The position numbers and the translations under genes were made by a program. 64,000 bases of DNA, taken from positions 1,860,001-1,924,000 of the forward strand of contig SMSO01000025.1 of NCBI GenBank assembly GCA_004764695.1. The letters run 5' to 3'. The DNA comes from Schizochytrium sp. TIO01. Taxonomy: Eukaryota > Protista > Bigyra: Labyrinthulomycetes. The number at the start of each line of letters is the position of its first letter. Position 1 is the stretch's first letter. Below the pieces are notes generated by a model. It worked only from the letters and a program-made list of their open reading frames with translations, was not told the origin of the DNA and searched no databases. This document shows, in pieces, positions 62,806 through 64,000 of this stretch.

Positions 62806-64000
62806 CTAGAAATCGGGAAGATTGGGCATCATGCTTGACTGAGGCATTGCTCGCGTGCACCAAAAGAAATCAGTGAAGCTGGTAATACCAGTATTCTGTC
62901 TGTATTCAATATCTTGGTTGTTTGTTGTGATATCGATCCTTGGATCGTTGCACCATCCTAAATAGTGTAAGGAAGCAGCATTCAAGATAGCGCACGCCTC
63001 CGCAAAAATGGACTCTTGATCAAACTGGCCTTCGGTCAGTACAGGGACTGACTGCACGGCCAAGGAAGCGCTCAATTCAAGCTCACAGAAGACGGTCTTC
63101 TCTCGACGAAGCCAAAGTGAGTGGATAATCGAAGAGGCTACCTTTCAATGACGAGTGCTGGGGTTTACGAGCCTGCGAGGAACTTGTAAGAACCTTTGAT
63201 TGAAATATCCATTAAGATTAATAACCCGGTGGCGTATCTGTTTGGCAAGACTTTACTCAAAATCTTTTCTCCTTCTCTGCTGGTTTGTATACCATGACAT
63301 GACTGCATTCTGTAACAGGTTACAGGCCTAAAAAGCTAAGATGCAGCAATATGCTTGAATATCTATGGTTGCCAGTGAGAAATAGCTCAAGTTCACTATT
63401 CGCGTGGTTTCTACTCAGGAGCTATGACTGTGGAATGTTGATAGGACCTTTCCAGGGGGCGGGGGAGGGGGTGAACCATATGCGCATCCCAAATAATGTA
63501 CATATATTCTACAGTATGTAACAAACTATTCATTTGAAGAAATTACCATCTTTGGTGTGTGAACTATTCGAGAGACCTCTTGCCTAGATAAACTAGGGCA
63601 TTATTTATCATGTTTTGACGATCGAGACGTCATTGGTTCTTCTAATATTCTTTGTAAAGAAGATGATAGAATACATTTAGAAACCATTCCATATCTCTTA
63701 GAGCTCGGCGGCTCTAAACGAGCGAGAGCGTTAAGTACACATTCATGTGATCTAAGTACTCTTCTTTGCGATCTATGTAAGAGAAGAGAACAGATGAAGC
63801 GAGTACGTTCTGATTTGAAGGTGCGAAGTAGGAAAGGTGTTCTACTCTTAACAAAAATGAGAAATTCCATCATGCAAAAGACCGTTGTCAGGTCAGGGTT
63901 TTCTACAATTATAATGATATGGAATGACGACCCTGCGCCGATAAGCTCTGCTCGATCATTAGGGAGCACAAAACTTACAATTGCTTCAAGTGGAGGAGAT
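62806..64000 (-). mobile_element. Probable decayed copia-like integrase region, truncated by the window edge
   Basis: Track ORF 63601-63969 reads LIGAGSSF...FLIFVKSRTPFLLRTFKSE...EPPSSKRYGMVSKCI. This parallels the rve core (VD..SR...F..V..Q....IK.LRSD...PY.PQQNG.AER) with the catalytic acidic residues lost. The sequence is SSR-free and TE-like in composition. Confidence 0.4.

Overview
Eukaryotic, intron-poor, microsatellite-rich genomic DNA. Codon usage and the tetranucleotide repeats suggest a thraustochytrid/labyrinthulomycete-like stramenopile, but that assignment is an unverified guess. Only five ORFs look like real genes: a Crinkler/RHS-type restriction-endonuclease-fold + kinase-fold protein whose two active sites both appear dead (20765-22891, -), a 185-aa stand-alone Rad50 zinc-hook-like protein (36342-36899, +), a PRP38B-family splicing factor carrying a Tudor domain and RS tail (37857-39137, -), ESF1 (40302-42545, +) and a PX-domain AGC kinase (44208-46820, -). 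The 8-24 kb block is accessory. It holds a decayed Ty1/copia retrotransposon, an inverted and internally deleted copy of the REase-pseudokinase locus, and a decayed DIRS-order (tyrosine-recombinase) retrotransposon. Another copia-like relic runs off the right edge. The rest is long non-coding DNA with tetranucleotide SSRs, orphan TATA-like boxes and AT-rich islands that recur at roughly 2-kb spacing. Most ORF-track entries are artefacts of SSRs or antisense shadows. No tRNA, rRNA or CRISPR features were found. All homology calls come from motif recognition by eye, not from database searches.
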